DNA of 64,000 bases from Octopus bimaculoides (GCF_001194135.2 NC_068981.1:118316525-118380524); one strand, 5' to 3'; numbered from the stretch's first letter, positions 25,470 to 39,340 are shown. Numbers and translations: made by a program. The notes: generated by a model from the letters alone, not told the origin.

Positions 25470-26620
25470 TTAATTTTTGTGAATAACAGAGTAACGGACT
25501 CTAAGATTTTGAGCGGTCCGAACAGTTCCATAAGGGAGCAGTGAACAAGTTAGCAAGGCTCCAGACAAGACTTTCCTTAAAATATCTTCTGTACCAAAAA
25601 GCTTTGTCTTCAGCAAGACTTGTCACTACGCATCAATTCCGATTTTACTTACGCAGTCTCTGAAAGTGTCCGATATGCATCCCCGTGATCCGATCATCAC
25701 TGGAATCAGTGTTCTAAGGCTTCCTGTGTTTAACTCTGTAGTTAGCCTCACTGGAAGTTTCTATGCTATTGCATCTTAATCCTATTCTGTATTTCTTTGC
25801 TTCTTTTATAAAGTTTCTTCTTGTTTTTTTGTGTGTTTTATTGATACTATCATCCACTCTATGATTTTTTAAAAATGTTTGCTGGGTAATCGATGCTGTT
25901 TTATTGGATAATTCAAACAGGATTAATCCCCTTACATTTTCTTTTCTCCTCTACTAAAGACAGTCAATGTCTGCGTTAAGGTAGTGTATTTTGTTGGTGG
26001 TAAAAAGTTTCATATTATTTCATCCATTCTCTGAATGTCATTTAGGTTCCAGTTGATGATATTGAAACCATACTGCAGCACGGTACAACTTTTAGAATTG
26101 ATCTCAGTTTACAGGACTGTTTATTATTCTTCTGTAATAGTTTTTCTCGGATCTTTTCCTTCATTTGAGTATATTAGAGTCTGTCATCCCCGTTTCTACT
26201 TAAACCTTTATAAGTGCTCTCAAGTTCCATTTCTTGTATAGCGGTCTAAATCAAGTTTAATGAATGACGTTGTAATGAGCTTTTCCGACTTGAAAGTTCA
26301 AATTCCATTCCTATACCATTGCTAAACTCCTTTAACGTTGTTAGAAATCCTTGTAACTCCTGGTCATTCTTGCATATAGTTTAAGATCATCCATACAGAT
26401 AGTGAGTCATTTTACTTTTGCGGACCTCTAAAATCCTCGTTACCGTTTCCGAATTAGAGACTAAGTTAGAACTGATTAAGAAAGGTTTCAGAGACCAGCA
26501 GACAAGCTGAAGGCCACAAAGAACAGCATTATGCTGCATTTTGATTATACTTCTTTTACGTTTTAATTGGTTGAGTCTGTGTGTGAGGATCAATGTATCT
26601 TTGCATGCCATATTTTAGAT
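25470..26620 (-). mobile_element. Second, older Dong/R4 copy directly upstream (head-to-tail), internally deleted
   Basis: LY(M)DDLKLYA..NDQELQGFLTTLKEFSNGIGMEF (~26300-26395); QMKEKIRKNYYRRI; VLQYGFNIINWNL; terminal IPVMIG..KTKLFGTEDILRKVLS (~25560-25700). Confidence 0.8.
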
Positions 26621-28699
26621 TCACTATTTTTGTTTCAAGCTTGAGTGAGTATCTTTTTGTACGTGTAGCTGAATAACTACGTTATCCATTGTGCTTGAAT
26701 AAAATTGCCCCAAAGACACATGTGAGTGTGTTTGTGCGCGTGCGCGCGTGCATCTGTGCCTGTGTGTGTGTGCGTGCGTGTGTGCTTAAGAAAATAGTTC
26801 GAGAGCAATTAGAGAGCTAACATCTTCCTTTCGTTAATTGAAATTATGAATTAAAAGTATCTGAGTGTTCATTAATTTTAATGAGTGCTTTCTATTGCCA
26901 CAGATAGAAGCAAATTATAAATAATGCAATGTTCCACAAATCTTCAGGAGATTTGCATCAATTCGTGCCTCAGTCTTCATTCTTATAGTCGTATTTTGTC
27001 ATCACACATAAAATATGATTTTGAAAGAAATTCTTTGCATTAATTAGCGTTATTAAAATATTTCTATATACTTCTCTGTGGTGTAGGAATATACTAACTT
27101 TAATATATTTAAATTTGAACACCAGGAGAAATTTTTCAAAATAAGGATCCAACCAAATATCTTAAGGTCAAATATATTTTCAAAACACATACATGCTAAA
27201 TCTGTAGTCAAACACAATATAGAGCTGACCTAAAACAATAATTAATTTAGTCGTTGTAGCTGTTCAATTCCCATTAATGCTGGTTGTTCTCTTATTTCTC
27301 TTGACGTAATAAAATATAATCTAGAGAATTTGTGTCATAGCGTCGTTATCTCCATTATTTATCATCAATTCAAACCAGTATATCATATTTTAGTTTTGGA
27401 CGATGTTGATTTTTCAAAACAGAATGCAAAAATACTATGCGGTGGTACACGTGTTTTTTTGTTTTTTTTTACCCTAGTTACATTTTGTAACCATATATTT
27501 GAAATATGCTTCTAACTCCAAGTTGTGAAACATTGATACTCTAAACTAAAAGCAAAACACAGCCATTGTAATATTATTCAGATGTTATGATTTTATCAAA
27601 CTACCCATAAACAATCTTTTTAGTGGAGTTTATCTTCTACCCAAATTAATAGGGATTTTTCACAATGTCTCGATAATATTACTACATGTATAGAGTGCGG
27701 GTTTTAAACGATTATTTGATTATTTCTTTGAGTCTTTTAATTCTTCAAAGAACTGTTTTGATTATATCCTATTACATTTGTCTATATGGCACCTTGTTGA
27801 GCACTTTTCATTTTCAAGGCGATTTATTGAGTTAATTTTCATATCTAGTGAAATGAAATGTCTTTTTTGGTTTGTTCTTTTAGCTTTGATATAGAAACAC
27901 TATTATTGATCTAAAAAGATATTTAACCAAAAATCAGTCATAAATATATCAAATATAACTTAAGTACTGTCTAATTTACTATGACAGAAGTTAAATGAAA
28001 TAAAAATCACGGAAAGAAAAAAACGAAAAACGAACGAAGAAAGAAGTACTCGTAAAAATATAGGCAAATCAATTTTAAAACAACCCTGACCACGACTGCT
28101 TAAGTGAAACCGTGCTAAATGAGTTCTGTGTAAACTTAGAAAAACTGTTGTATTAGCCTTGGGTATTACATTCTTTATTTTCGGCTATATAAATAGCAGT
28201 AGGACAATCAGTGTTTGTTTGAATCTTTAGAGAGCCAAGCTTTCTAATATTTTAAGTATCGAAGATCCACATACATTACCGACTTAAATGGTTATACGAA
28301 CAGATCCATTAAATTTCGTTGGGCCGAATTCTCTACTTCTAAATATGTAGTATTCAGAATCAACGAAATCGCATTAAAATTAATAAGTATTTCCTTTTAT
28401 TGTAGAGCTAAGTTAATTTCAAATCTCTCTACGGTTGTTGACCATAAGAGAGGTAGTTACAAAAAAGTTTCTTTCAACGAATTCTATCACAATCAGTCCA
28501 GGTCACAATTACTATCAATCATTCAGTGAGAAAGATTGTTATCAACACTCCTTTGATTGCCCCCCACCCAAATTTGCAACTGGCACGACTATATCATTTG
28601 ATATAATATATAAAGAGAATTGAAATCCAGATTTATTTACTATTCACCTGAGCTTATGAAAACGTACCTAACAAGAGATAGATTTATCTTTGTTTCGTA

Positions 28700-29966
28700 T
28701 TATTCCTTTTAATGGCGGACATATGAAAACATTTTACTAGTTTGAAATAATACTTTAAACCAAAAATAGTCGCATAACGATAACTTCCAATATTTTGGTG
28801 TCTCCATTTATACGATTTAGCAAAAGAAAATGGGAGAAGTGGCCATGAATATTTCACAGCACTCACACAATAAGGGAACTGACAATCCACCATATAAAAA
28901 GATTTCATGCAGAGAAAACAAACAAAAGCAGAACTGCAATACAAAACATTGATTAAAACAAAACACAGTCGTGTAAAAATCTTGCCAACAGCAAGATGCA
29001 GACACGTATCGTTTTGGGCGTAAACACGGGCAGCAAAATTCGAACAGAAAACCTTTTGCTTTGAAAGATTTTGTATATCGAAAGTTTGGTAATATTGTGT
29101 ACATTGAAGTGTGACCACATTTCCACAGTCGGTTACAGAGGTACATGACAAGAAAAAAAGTAACTATCACCGTGTCGCCAAGGACATCCAAGCCGGCTTA
29201 TCCCATCCAAATAGTTTTGGTGATAGCGGTAGCAGATGGTTGTATACGGATATCAGCCCATGACCATCGGGAACAAATGAAGGTACTGGAATTGTAGATT
29301 TGCCCAGCGTAGAAAAAAACGGCGGTAACAAGCACAACAGATATTTGTCTGTGGGACACTACGAATCACAGTTACTCTTCCCTACAAACCAACAATAAGA
29401 CACTTCGTTTCATACCTTAATCTGTACCACTAGCCCATCGACTACTGAGTAAGAGGAGATGATACCAACCGAAAAAGACTTTCAAACGATTGTAGAGGGT
29501 GATGAGATGTGCAACACCAGAAAGAGTTTCCAAAATTATAATGAGGAAGCCCCCAGCAAAGACTGCCACTTTCCGAAAGAAATACCATGCTGAGTACAAG
29601 CACTAAACTATACGAGAAAAATGCGCGAAAGGGAGGTTGGGTGAATAAAAATGTTATTGCTAAATAAGATGACCCTTCCAAAAAATCCTTAAAAGGGGAG
29701 ATGTAAGGAATTAGTAATAATGGTACACCCCTCTCGAATGACGAGTGGAATGAAACAGTCACTAAAAGTAAGGAGACGTCGACGAGAATCCAGAGAGTAC
29801 GTGTTATACTGTGTTGAGAGTTGTGTCTGTGCTGATATAGTAATTATACTGTGATACTGTGTGGACGTTATAACGATCCAACCTTTTGAGTATAATAACA
29901 CCGTACAAACCCCAGTCGTACAGTGCCAGATAGAAACATCCTATCGACGACTTCTTATTTATAACA
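28700..29966 (+). mobile_element. Probable Gypsy LTR-retrotransposon 3' remnant (decayed integrase tail, PPT, 3' LTR)
   Basis: Polypurine tract AAAAGGGGAGA (29691-29701) abuts TGTAAGG at 29702; candidate LTR end ...TTATAACA at 29966; upstream sequence is GC-richer and coding-like but only weakly readable. Confidence 0.45.
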
Positions 29967-30207
29967 ATATCTACCAGAGTGACAACCGTCGTACAGACAG
30001 ATATACATGCATATTTTTGCATAACTTGTGTAATTATTTCGATATTTTCAAAGAAAATATTTTATGCCTTCCTATATATTACATAACTTCTTCCACTCCC
30101 ACTCCTTTGTGCGAAAGATTGTCCCATCCCACAGATTTTGTAAGCACACTTAAACCTTTCATGTTATTATGTACGTATACATGAATGAAGCATGAAATTG
30201 ATAAATA

Positions 30208-30264
30208 AATGATGTTATTATTATCATTATTATTATTATTATCATCATCATCATCATCATCACC

Positions 30265-30315
<51 letters not shown>
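30208..30315. repeat. (ATT)n(ATC)n(GTA)n microsatellite
   Basis: Direct reading. Confidence 0.95.
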
Positions 30316-30316
<1 letters not shown>

Positions 30317-30500
30317 CGTCAAGCTGGCAGAATCGTTAGCACGCCGGCAAAATGTTTAGCAGCACTTCGTCCGTCTTTACGTACTGATTTCAAATTCGCC
30401 CGAGGCCTACTTTGCCTTTCATTCTCTGAAAACAAGAACCAGTTTAGCACTAGGGTCGATGCAATCTTTATCTATCAATGCTGAGTTCAGCGCACATCCT
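30316..30500 (+). mobile_element. SINE family 1
   Basis: CAAGCTGGCAGAATCGTTAGCACGCCGGCAAAATG...TTTCAAATTCGCCCGAGG. Confidence 0.85.
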
Positions 30501-30518
30501 CTCAAAGAGAGAAAGAGG

Positions 30519-30562
<44 letters not shown>

Positions 30563-30563
30563 C

Positions 30564-30635
<72 letters not shown>
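30519..30635. repeat. (GATA)n(GACA)n microsatellite
   Basis: Direct reading. Confidence 0.95.
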
Positions 30636-30636
<1 letters not shown>

Positions 30637-30699
30637 CATATACCTGCATACGCGTGTTGGCACTTATAAATATATGTATGCCTTGTAGAGTCTGTTGTT

Positions 30700-31000
30700 G
30701 CGCTGTTATTCAGATTCTAGTAACCACATTGTATTCTATTTCTACATTGCTTCCATTTCGTATTTATTCTTCAATACCATTGAATATTGCAAGAACATCA
30801 TCACATCTATTTATCCACGCCCACTCTACTGAAGACAGAACGCTGTTCCTTGTAACAAAAATTTTCCTAAGTGTTCATATAAAATCTGATTTATAAATAT
30901 ACACTCAGACTTTTAGCCATAGCTCCTTCATGTCGAAGAATTTTAAAAAGCTCTCGTTGACTATATATTCCTTCTAACTAAGCCAGTAACCTATTTACTG
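30700..31000 (-). pseudogene. Possible decayed Penelope-type RT fragment
   Basis: Minus-strand GAMAKSLSV (cf. GLAMGSPLS) followed by W..RCDDVLAIF (cf. RYVDDILAI); short and decayed. Confidence 0.3.
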
Positions 31001-33899
31001 TATACACTCATCCATGAAATCAGGTTTGAGCAGTGGGGAGAATATGTTAAGGAGTGAATTAGGAAAACTCTGTTGGATGCTGCCATTCTTAGATAATAGT
31101 TTCCGACTTAAATAAAATCGATAATGAAAAAATAAATTATCTTTTCTCGCCTCATTTTTTTTTATCTTTTCCTTATCTTTTTTTCTTTCTTCATCGTTTT
31201 CGTTTTACTCCTTCTTCATAATCCTCAATGCTTTCTTTATCATTCTCATATTTATAAATAATGTTTCTTTATCATTTTTTAAATGGAATAGCTAATCTAT
31301 GCATTCTAAATAAGGGTTTTATTTTAAAATAGGAATAGATTGGTGTCTGTGAACGAAACTAAAACAAGATATCGATAGATCAAATAAATTACTTTAATAA
31401 ATTGCGGTACTGAAACATTTTGTATTCAAACCTCTAGCGTCAAATGTAGTTAAATACTAGACTTTGTAAACCACATCGAAATATTTAATTAAGTGTTGAA
31501 AATGTATTCACAAAGTTTCCTAGGTCGGTAACAAATTTAAGTCACGATATATCGAAAAATAAAGAGATGTCTTTATTGCAGAATAATTTATTATCGCCAG
31601 TAATGTTTAGAAGCCAAGAAAGTGGAACACATTCAATTAATAGACATTTAATATATATTGCTCTAGCATAAGTAGGTTTGGCAGTTACAAAACTAAAGAC
31701 GAACCGAACAGGGGAAATCTCACATATTCGTAGAAAATTTCATTAAAAAATTTCCATTTTTCTGAAAGTTATGATCATCCAAAAGAGGTGGTGGATAAAT
31801 CTGTATTTATGCTTGTTTATCTTAATTTCGAAAAAAATGTATGAAAAAAACCGCTTTATTTATGGTAAGTTCCAATATATACATATACACATACATACAT
31901 ATAAGAGGGATGTATGTAAAATATTTTTTCTGAATCTTCAGATATTTTCAATATGCTAGGCCACTGGTTTAAATTGATATTAATCAAATTTAATATTCAA
32001 TTTTTCACCCTTATTATTTAAATATATATATATATATATATATATATANNNNNNNNNNNNNNNNNNNNNNNNNNNNNNNNNNNNNNNNNNNNNNNNNNNN
32101 NNNNNNNNNNNNNNNNNNNNNNNNNNNNNNNNNNNNNNNNNNNNNNNNNNNNNNNNNNNNNNNNNNNNNNNNNNNNNNNNNNNNNNNNNNNNNNNNNNNN
32201 NNNNNNNNNNNNNNNNNNNNNNNNNNNNNNNNNNNNNNNNNNNNNNNNNNNNNNNNNNNNNNNNNNNNNNNNNNNNNNNNNNNNNNNNNNNNNNNNNNNN
32301 NNNNNNNNNNNNNNNNNNNNNNNNNNNNNNNNNNNNNNNNNNNNNNNNNNNNNNNNNNNNNNNNNNNNNNNNNNNNNNNNNNNNNNNNNNNNNNNNNNNN
32401 NNNNNNNNNNNNNNNNNNNNNNNNNNNNNNNNNNNNNNNNNNNNNNNNNNNNNNNNAGGAGGAGGAGGAGGAGGCGATAGTTACAATAATAATGGTGGTT
32501 GTATGAAGTGTTCACACTGGAATTAAAACAACTTTTTATTACTTTTACAGGATCAACTAAACTCCTCGATTTTTTAAAGTCAGATTATAAGAAAACTGTA
32601 TAAAGAATAAAATAGGATTAAATTAAAGAAATATTTGAAATGCTGATCTAGCTGAAATTAATTACGTTGATTGGTAAAATGCTAATAATGGATATTACAC
32701 TATACGTTGTTGAAAGGCCTTGTACAATCCCAGGGGCCCTTATGTTCCGTAATTTTTCAACAACACGGACCTTAAGGGGCCCCGGAATTGAACAGGGCTC
32801 CCGATAAAACATTTTAACTAGTAAAAAAAATGTAGCTAATTAAGAATATAGGTTATTTCGTCAGAAATTATGCTTTTTAATTATATATAAAGTAAGGTAA
32901 CATTTAATTATGCATTCATATACCGGCTGTATATATACACAAGACGTAAACGTGATGTAAGTCTTTTAAGAATATTGATTCCCCCTGAAAGACTTCAAGA
33001 GTAGAATAGTGTGGTTCAGCTAATCTCTTTTCCTGTCATTGATTAAGAAATGATAAAAGTATGTAAAGCGAATATGAACTGAAAATGTTTAATTGAGAAT
33101 CTAATGCCAAACGAAATAAATTGTTACGTAGTATCAGGTTGGATATGTAATAGTATAAACGAGAAATAATACGGCAGAAATAAATTTTTAAAAATACCCA
33201 TCAAACGATTTATCTTAATGGAACAAGAAGAGATTTAAAATTGAAAATAAATACATGCCATTTAGAGATAATTGCATTAATTTAATTTTACTACCAGTTT
33301 TATTGATGATATTCTTTTTACATTCTTTGATAAGAAATATTTAATATTTCAATTATTAATACTTTAATACATAAAATTTTCTGTTTAGTTTTGTAAAAAG
33401 TAAAAGTAAGATAATAGTTTTTCTGTTTGTTTGTTATTTTTTTGTTTTTTGGGTTTTTTTCTAAAATTCAATACTGAAACATGAAGTTATGACATAAGCG
33501 TGTTAAAAATTACTATAAGAAACACGGCTTTAAACGCACAGATGTGGTAAATACAGTTTAAAGAACACATATTCATACACGTTTCTTCAAAGCTGTCTCT
33601 CGCTTTTGAAATGCGCTGTGATGGGAATTTGGTGACAGCTGAATAACTTAAGTTTTGATCCACCGACCTTTACACACAAGACCCAAGTGGCTGAAATTGT
33701 GAATTTTAGACGACCAGAATGAGCGACACATTATTCACTTTGCCTTCGTTTTTTTTCGAAGCTATCCCTCCTTACTTTTACAAAGTGTTAAGTTCTCACA
33801 TGAAGTGAACCTATTCTAACAAATCGGTCGCACGTTTTCCTAACTTTATCTCAGCAGTGTTGAGAGACTTCAAGTTTTGCTTTAGCTAATCCTCGAAGT

Positions 33900-34680
33900 C
33901 TTTCTTTCTTTCAATCGACAATAAAAGATTAGTTATGGGAACCAGTTATCCGTGATTCGGGCGAAGTGACTACTGATCTGAGTTGTTCTTTGATGGCAAT
34001 TGTGTTTGTTTGGCTCTCCTAGGAATGATTATATCCTTCCGATAATCTCAACTAATTCGAAGAATCCTTCGGAATCATAACTAAAAGAATTGATCCAACG
34101 TGTTCAGATTCATAGAAGAGTGTTAGAACAATTTCAACCTTGTAAGCAAACAGTTTGTATCGTTTCTGATAAGTAACTTCTTTTAAACTTGAGTTGGTTT
34201 TTCGGCGAAAAACCGTTCCGGCACAATGAAACTGTTCGTGTCTTTTCATCAAGGTTGTATTTAGAAGACAGAGATGTGAGAAATAGATTTATAAAAAATG
34301 TCTTTGTACAAATCGAAACACAATGTTTGGAGACTGAATGTTCCGAATCAATTCTTGATATACTTCAGGCTGAAGTTTATGTCATGTTTACATTATGCAT
34401 GATGCAAAATATCAAGTATGAGCTTTAGACGTAAGACCGAGTATGAGATGGTGCTATTGTCGTCCGATTATTGAATGCCTAGAAGCACTGATAAGATTTT
34501 CAAATTTTTCGTCTGCACTAATACAACTGGAAAGCTTTCTTCTTGTTCGATGGATGATTGCAATATTAAGTTGTTACATGAGCATCTTCTTAAAAAAGAA
34601 CGATCAGTGTAGGTACGCTGATGGATCTTTGCTTTATGCAGGTCTTGAATCGAAAAGTGTCAGCTAATACATTAGATATA
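33900..34680 (-). pseudogene. Probable Gypsy pol remnant (end of RNase H into integrase zinc-binding region)
   Basis: Minus-strand NVLADTF (cf. NxxADALSR), LRLKLILDILH (cf. LRKxIFDxLH), SFIVPERF and NCLLT in the expected order, with frameshifts. Confidence 0.4.
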
Positions 34681-35249
34681 TATAAACATAGTGCATCTGT
34701 TCCATAACTTTTGGGGTTGAGTATGGCGAGTATATTTCAGTGGGGATCAGAACAGACATCTAGGTTTGTAACATACATTGTTTATTGCGCTTCATCTATT
34801 AAATGCTATATATTCCGAGTTTATAGGCATGTTATTCGCATAAATATTTTTTAATTCCTATGTTTTTTTTATATGTCTGCGACTTTATTTAGTCTCTTAT
34901 ATCTGCTCTTAGAGCTCTTCTAGACATACCTATCGTTAATAAGAGCAGCTTGGTTTCTTCCCTCCTCTACTCTGTCACTACAGACTCAAATTACCTACGT
35001 CTATCGTTCCCCATATTATGGTCACTTACTTGGCTAGGCCACTCGCTAACCAGTTCTCCTAGCTCTGCTAGTTCATGACATTTTTTCTTTCAGAAATTCT
35101 TTCCCTGCCCATTATAGGAAGAGTTTATTTCTGGCCCATGAAGAGAATTAACAGAGAGCAACAGAAACAACGACCTTTAAAGAGCACGCGAAGACGCAGA
35201 GAAGAGACCATTTCTCTAAACCGATGAAAATGAATATACTATTGTGCAA

Positions 35250-35290
<41 letters not shown>

Positions 35291-36733
35291 NNNNNNNNNN
35301 NNNNNNNNNNNNNNNNNNNNNNNNNNNNNNNNNNNNNNNNNNNNNNNNNNNNNNNNNNNNNNNNNNNNNNNNNNNNNNNNNNNNNNNNNNNNNNNNNNNN
35401 NNNNNNNNNNNNNNNNNNNNNNNNNNNNNNNNNNNNNNNNNNNNNNNNNNNNNNNNNNNNNNNNNNNNNNNNNNNNNNNNNNNNNNNNNNNNNNNNNNNN
35501 NNNNNNNNNNNNNNNNNNNNNNNNNNNNNNNNNNNNNNNNNNNNNNNNNNNNNNNNNNNNNNNNNNNNNNNNNNNNNNNNNNNNNNNNNNNNNNNNNNNN
35601 NNNNNNNNNNNNNNNNNNNNNNNNNNNNNNNNNNNNNNNNNNNNNNNNNNNNNNNNNNNNNNNNNNNNNNNNNNNNNNNNNNNNNNNNNNNNNNNNNNNN
35701 NNNNNNNNNNNNNNNNNNNNNNNNNNNNNNNNNNNNNNNNNNNNNNNNNNNNNNNNNNNNNNNNNNNNNNNNNNNNNNNNNNNNNNNNNNNNTTAACATG
35801 AATTGAAATCTGGTGAAGAGCAACAGCAGTAGCCAAAATACTGAAATCATAGGATTAATAAATACTTCTATGTGTTTCTACTTTGTGTCTATTGTATATA
35901 TATTTAAGAGCGGTGATGTCCATTTACTTATTTTGCTTATAAATCCTATTTATTTATTTATTTATTTATGTGTTTCAGCCAAGTGGCTGCGGTCATGCTG
36001 ATGCACCACCGTGAATATGCAGAATATTCATAAATTATATCTTGCTCGTATATTAACTATATTCCTTTAAGGATTTAGTTTTTGTGTGACTCCACGCACA
36101 TTTCACAAACCGGCATTAGTGATGTCTGCTAATGTTCGTTTGTTGCAAAACAAAGTTTTTGTTGTGAATTTTATAATTTTTTGTTTTGTTTTGATTTTTA
36201 TTGTCAAGTTATAAAAGAATTAAGCAATTGCATAAAAATGCATTGCTAAAAGTACCAAACCGCGAATATTTTGCTATACTGAGGCCAAATTTCGTATTGA
36301 TAAATGCGAAGAAACATCTTCTTAACCAAGTTTCAAAAAATACTTTACTGAAACAAAACGTGGGAGAGCGTGATAAATATATGCAAGAAAAGATATGATA
36401 ATATAAATATGTAAAAACGTGTACAAAGAAGAATGCAGGAAAGCAAAGATCCTCAACTTATACTGCAATGCAAATGTTTAGGATTATAGAAGAATTTATA
36501 AACTCTCAAACAATTGCTACGGAAAAAAGAAATAATTTAGAGTAAATAAACATTTGTTGTCTTGGATAATAAATATCGTATTAAAACTCAGTTTATGCAT
36601 TGCTTGCTACTTCCACCATGTTTTCTCTTACTGCATTTCGTGTAAACAAAAGGTTATGCGTATGATGGTTATGTATTTATGTAAATCTATGAGTTTGTGC
36701 TTGTAGATTATTCATGCAATTATAAACACGCCT

Positions 36734-36771
<38 letters not shown>

Positions 36772-37218
36772 GACATAGAAAAAGAGAGTCAGAGAGCAAA
36801 GAAGAGTAAAAAAGAAAGACAATTGGAGAAAGGGAGACTTCATTTTAGACACAAAATCATGCGATTTTTCTTTGATGGAATAGTATGTGCCTATTAATAT
36901 TACTAATTCTGTGAAAGATTCCAATTGATACCACAAAGAAAAGATAAATGATAGAGGACTTCTGATATGTTTTTTAATGTACTGCAATACATTTTGCTTA
37001 GACTAACTATTCGTAGAAAATCTTTCTATACACACACAAACACACACACANNNNNNNNNNNNNNNNNNNNNNNNNNNNNNNNNNNNNNNNNNNNNNNNNN
37101 NNNNNNNNNNNNNNNNNNNNNNNNNNNNNNNNNNNNNNNNNNNNNNNNNNNNNNNNNNNNNNNNNNNNNNNNNNNNNNNNNNNNNNNNNNNNNNNNNNNN
37201 NATATATATATATATATA

Positions 37219-37312
37219 GTCACAGGAGTGGCTGTGTGGTAAGTAGCTTGCTTACCAACCACATGGTTCATTCCCACTGCATGGCACCTTGGGCAAGTGT
37301 CTTCTACTATAA
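37219..37312 (+). mobile_element. tRNA-derived SINE family 2, 5' portion
   Basis: CAGGAGTGGCTGTGTGGTAAGTAGCTTGCTTACCAACCACATGG...GGCACCTTGGGCAAGTGTCTTCTACTATA. Confidence 0.85.
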
Positions 37313-37493
37313 CGTAATTTATATTTTCGATTGCTTTTACATGATTTTTACCCCTTCACGTTCTATTTTATTTCTCGAATATCCTGTAGTCGTTTCCTAC
37401 TCTTGACTCTATATTCATACCCCTCGAAATGTAAAATGGTGTTGCAGTCACAAGTCCAAGGCTAAAATTCCTTTCGATATTCTCATCATACTT

Positions 37494-37700
37494 AAGGCGA
37501 CGAACTTGCAGAATCGTTAGCACACCGGGCAGAATGCTTAGCGGTATGTCGTCCGTCTTTTCGTTCAAAGTTCAAATTTCGCCGAGGTCGACTTTGCCTT
37601 TCATCCTTTCGGGGCAATAAAATAAGTACCATTTGGACATTGCGGTCGATATAATCGACTTACTCCCCACCAAAATTCCTGGCTTTGTGCCAAAAAATTT
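37494..37700 (+). mobile_element. SINE family 1
   Basis: Family head, GTTCAAATTTCGCCGAGGTCGAC and tail present. Confidence 0.88.
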
Positions 37701-38169
37701 TACACATATTCACATCATATTCAAGCTGCGAGGAGTTAGTCATAAATAACCGTCAGTAATCTAATAATTTTTCTTTCATGTGTTTACTGGAGACGGCCCG
37801 CCCTGCAGTTCCGATATCGCATCGACATCTTCAGAGACTGTGTTCTGAAAGAGCTCACACCAGGTTGAGGAAATGTCTGTTTCTTTACATTTGAGCGCTC
37901 AGTGGATGTATTTAGTTATGCTCTAAGTAATATTAGAGAAAGCAGAGCATGTAGACAGATCTTAAATATTTTGGCTTATATCATTTTGCCTCTTTTTATG
38001 AGTATGTGCCAATTAATATCACTAGTTCTGTGAAATATTCTAATTTATACCATGATAACAGGGCTTCAATATCGCTGGTAACTATTTCATTCTCGATTTA
38101 GTCGCAAAAACTTTCTCAAATGTTGGGACCAAAAACAATAATGCAAATTAATTGTTGGACATTATAGCT

Positions 38170-38312
38170 AGGCGTGACTATGTGGTTAAAAGTGTGACTA
38201 CTATCTACATGGTCCCGTGCTCAGTCCAACTGTGTGGCACCTTGGACAAGTGTCTTCCACTATAGCTTCAGGCCACTCACATCCTTCTGAAGGTATTTGG
38301 TAAACGGAAATT
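38170..38312 (+). mobile_element. SINE family 2, degenerate 5' portion
   Basis: GGCGTGACTATGTGGTTAAAAG...GTGGCACCTTGGACAAGTGTCTTCCACTATAGC. Confidence 0.7.
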
Positions 38313-38323
38313 AAATGAGATCG

Positions 38324-38551
38324 GCGGCGAGCTTGCAGAAACGTTAGAGCCGGGCGAAATGCTTAGCGGTGTTTCGTCTGCCGTTACGTTCTGAGTTCAA
38401 ATTCCACGGAGGTTGACTTTGCTTTTCATCCTTTCGGGGTCGATAAATTAAGTACCAGTAACGCACTGGGGTCGATGTGATCGACTTAACCCGTTTGCCT
38501 GTCCTTGTTTGTCCCCTCTATGTTTAGCCCCTTGTGGGCAATAAAGAAATA
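38324..38551 (+). mobile_element. SINE family 1 with alternative tail
   Basis: GGCGGCGAGCTTGCAGAAACGTTAG...GAGTTCAAATTCC...tail CCTTGTTTGTCCCCTCTATGTTTAGCCCCTTGTGGGCAATAAAGAAATA. Confidence 0.88.
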
Positions 38552-38568
38552 NNNNNNNNNNNNNNNNN

Positions 38569-38608
<40 letters not shown>

Positions 38609-38919
38609 TGTGTGTGCATGTGTGCGTGATATGCGCGTGAGTGTGTGTGTGAGTTTATCATCACCGCTTAACAACCATGTTGGTTTGTTTACACCCTCAC
38701 AACTTATCGGTTCAGCAAGTAGAAACAAACTCGAAAATAAGTACATGGGCTTATTTGTTCAACTAAAATCCTGCAACGCCGCAGTCTGAAGACCAGAACA
38801 AGAAAAGGTAAATGATAGAAGACTTCTAATATGATTTTTTTAATGTACTGAAATACATTTTGCTTACACTAACTGTTCGCAGAAATGTTTCTATACACAC
38901 ACACACACATATATATATA

Positions 38920-39074
38920 GACGCAGAAGTAGCTCTGTGATAAGTAGCTTGCTTACCAACCACATGTGGCACCTAGGGCAAGTGTTTTCTACTATAGCCT
39001 CGGGCCGACGAAAGCCTTGTGAATGGGTTTGGTAGACGAAAACTGAAAGAAGCCCGTCGTATATATGTATATAA

Positions 39075-39123
<49 letters not shown>

Positions 39124-39340
39124 ACTGTGTATATGTTTGTGTGCCTGTGTTTGTCCTCCCAACATCGCTTGACAATCGATGGTGGTGTGTTTACGTTCCC
39201 GTAACTTAGCGGTTCGACAAAAGACCCCGATAGAATAAGTACTAGGTTTCCAAAGAATAAGTCCTGGGGTTGATTTGCTCGACTAAAGGCGGTGCTCTTG
39301 CATGGCCGCAGTCAAATGACTGAAAGAAGTAAAAGAGAAA
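38920..39340 (+). mobile_element. SINE family 2, full length with internal TA/GT microsatellite
   Basis: Head as at 37219; AAACTGAAAGAAGCCCGTCG; tail AAGAATAAGTCCTGGGGTTGATTTGCTCGACTAAAGGCGGTGCTC...CAGTCAAATGACTGAAA also seen at 57985-58075. Confidence 0.85.
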
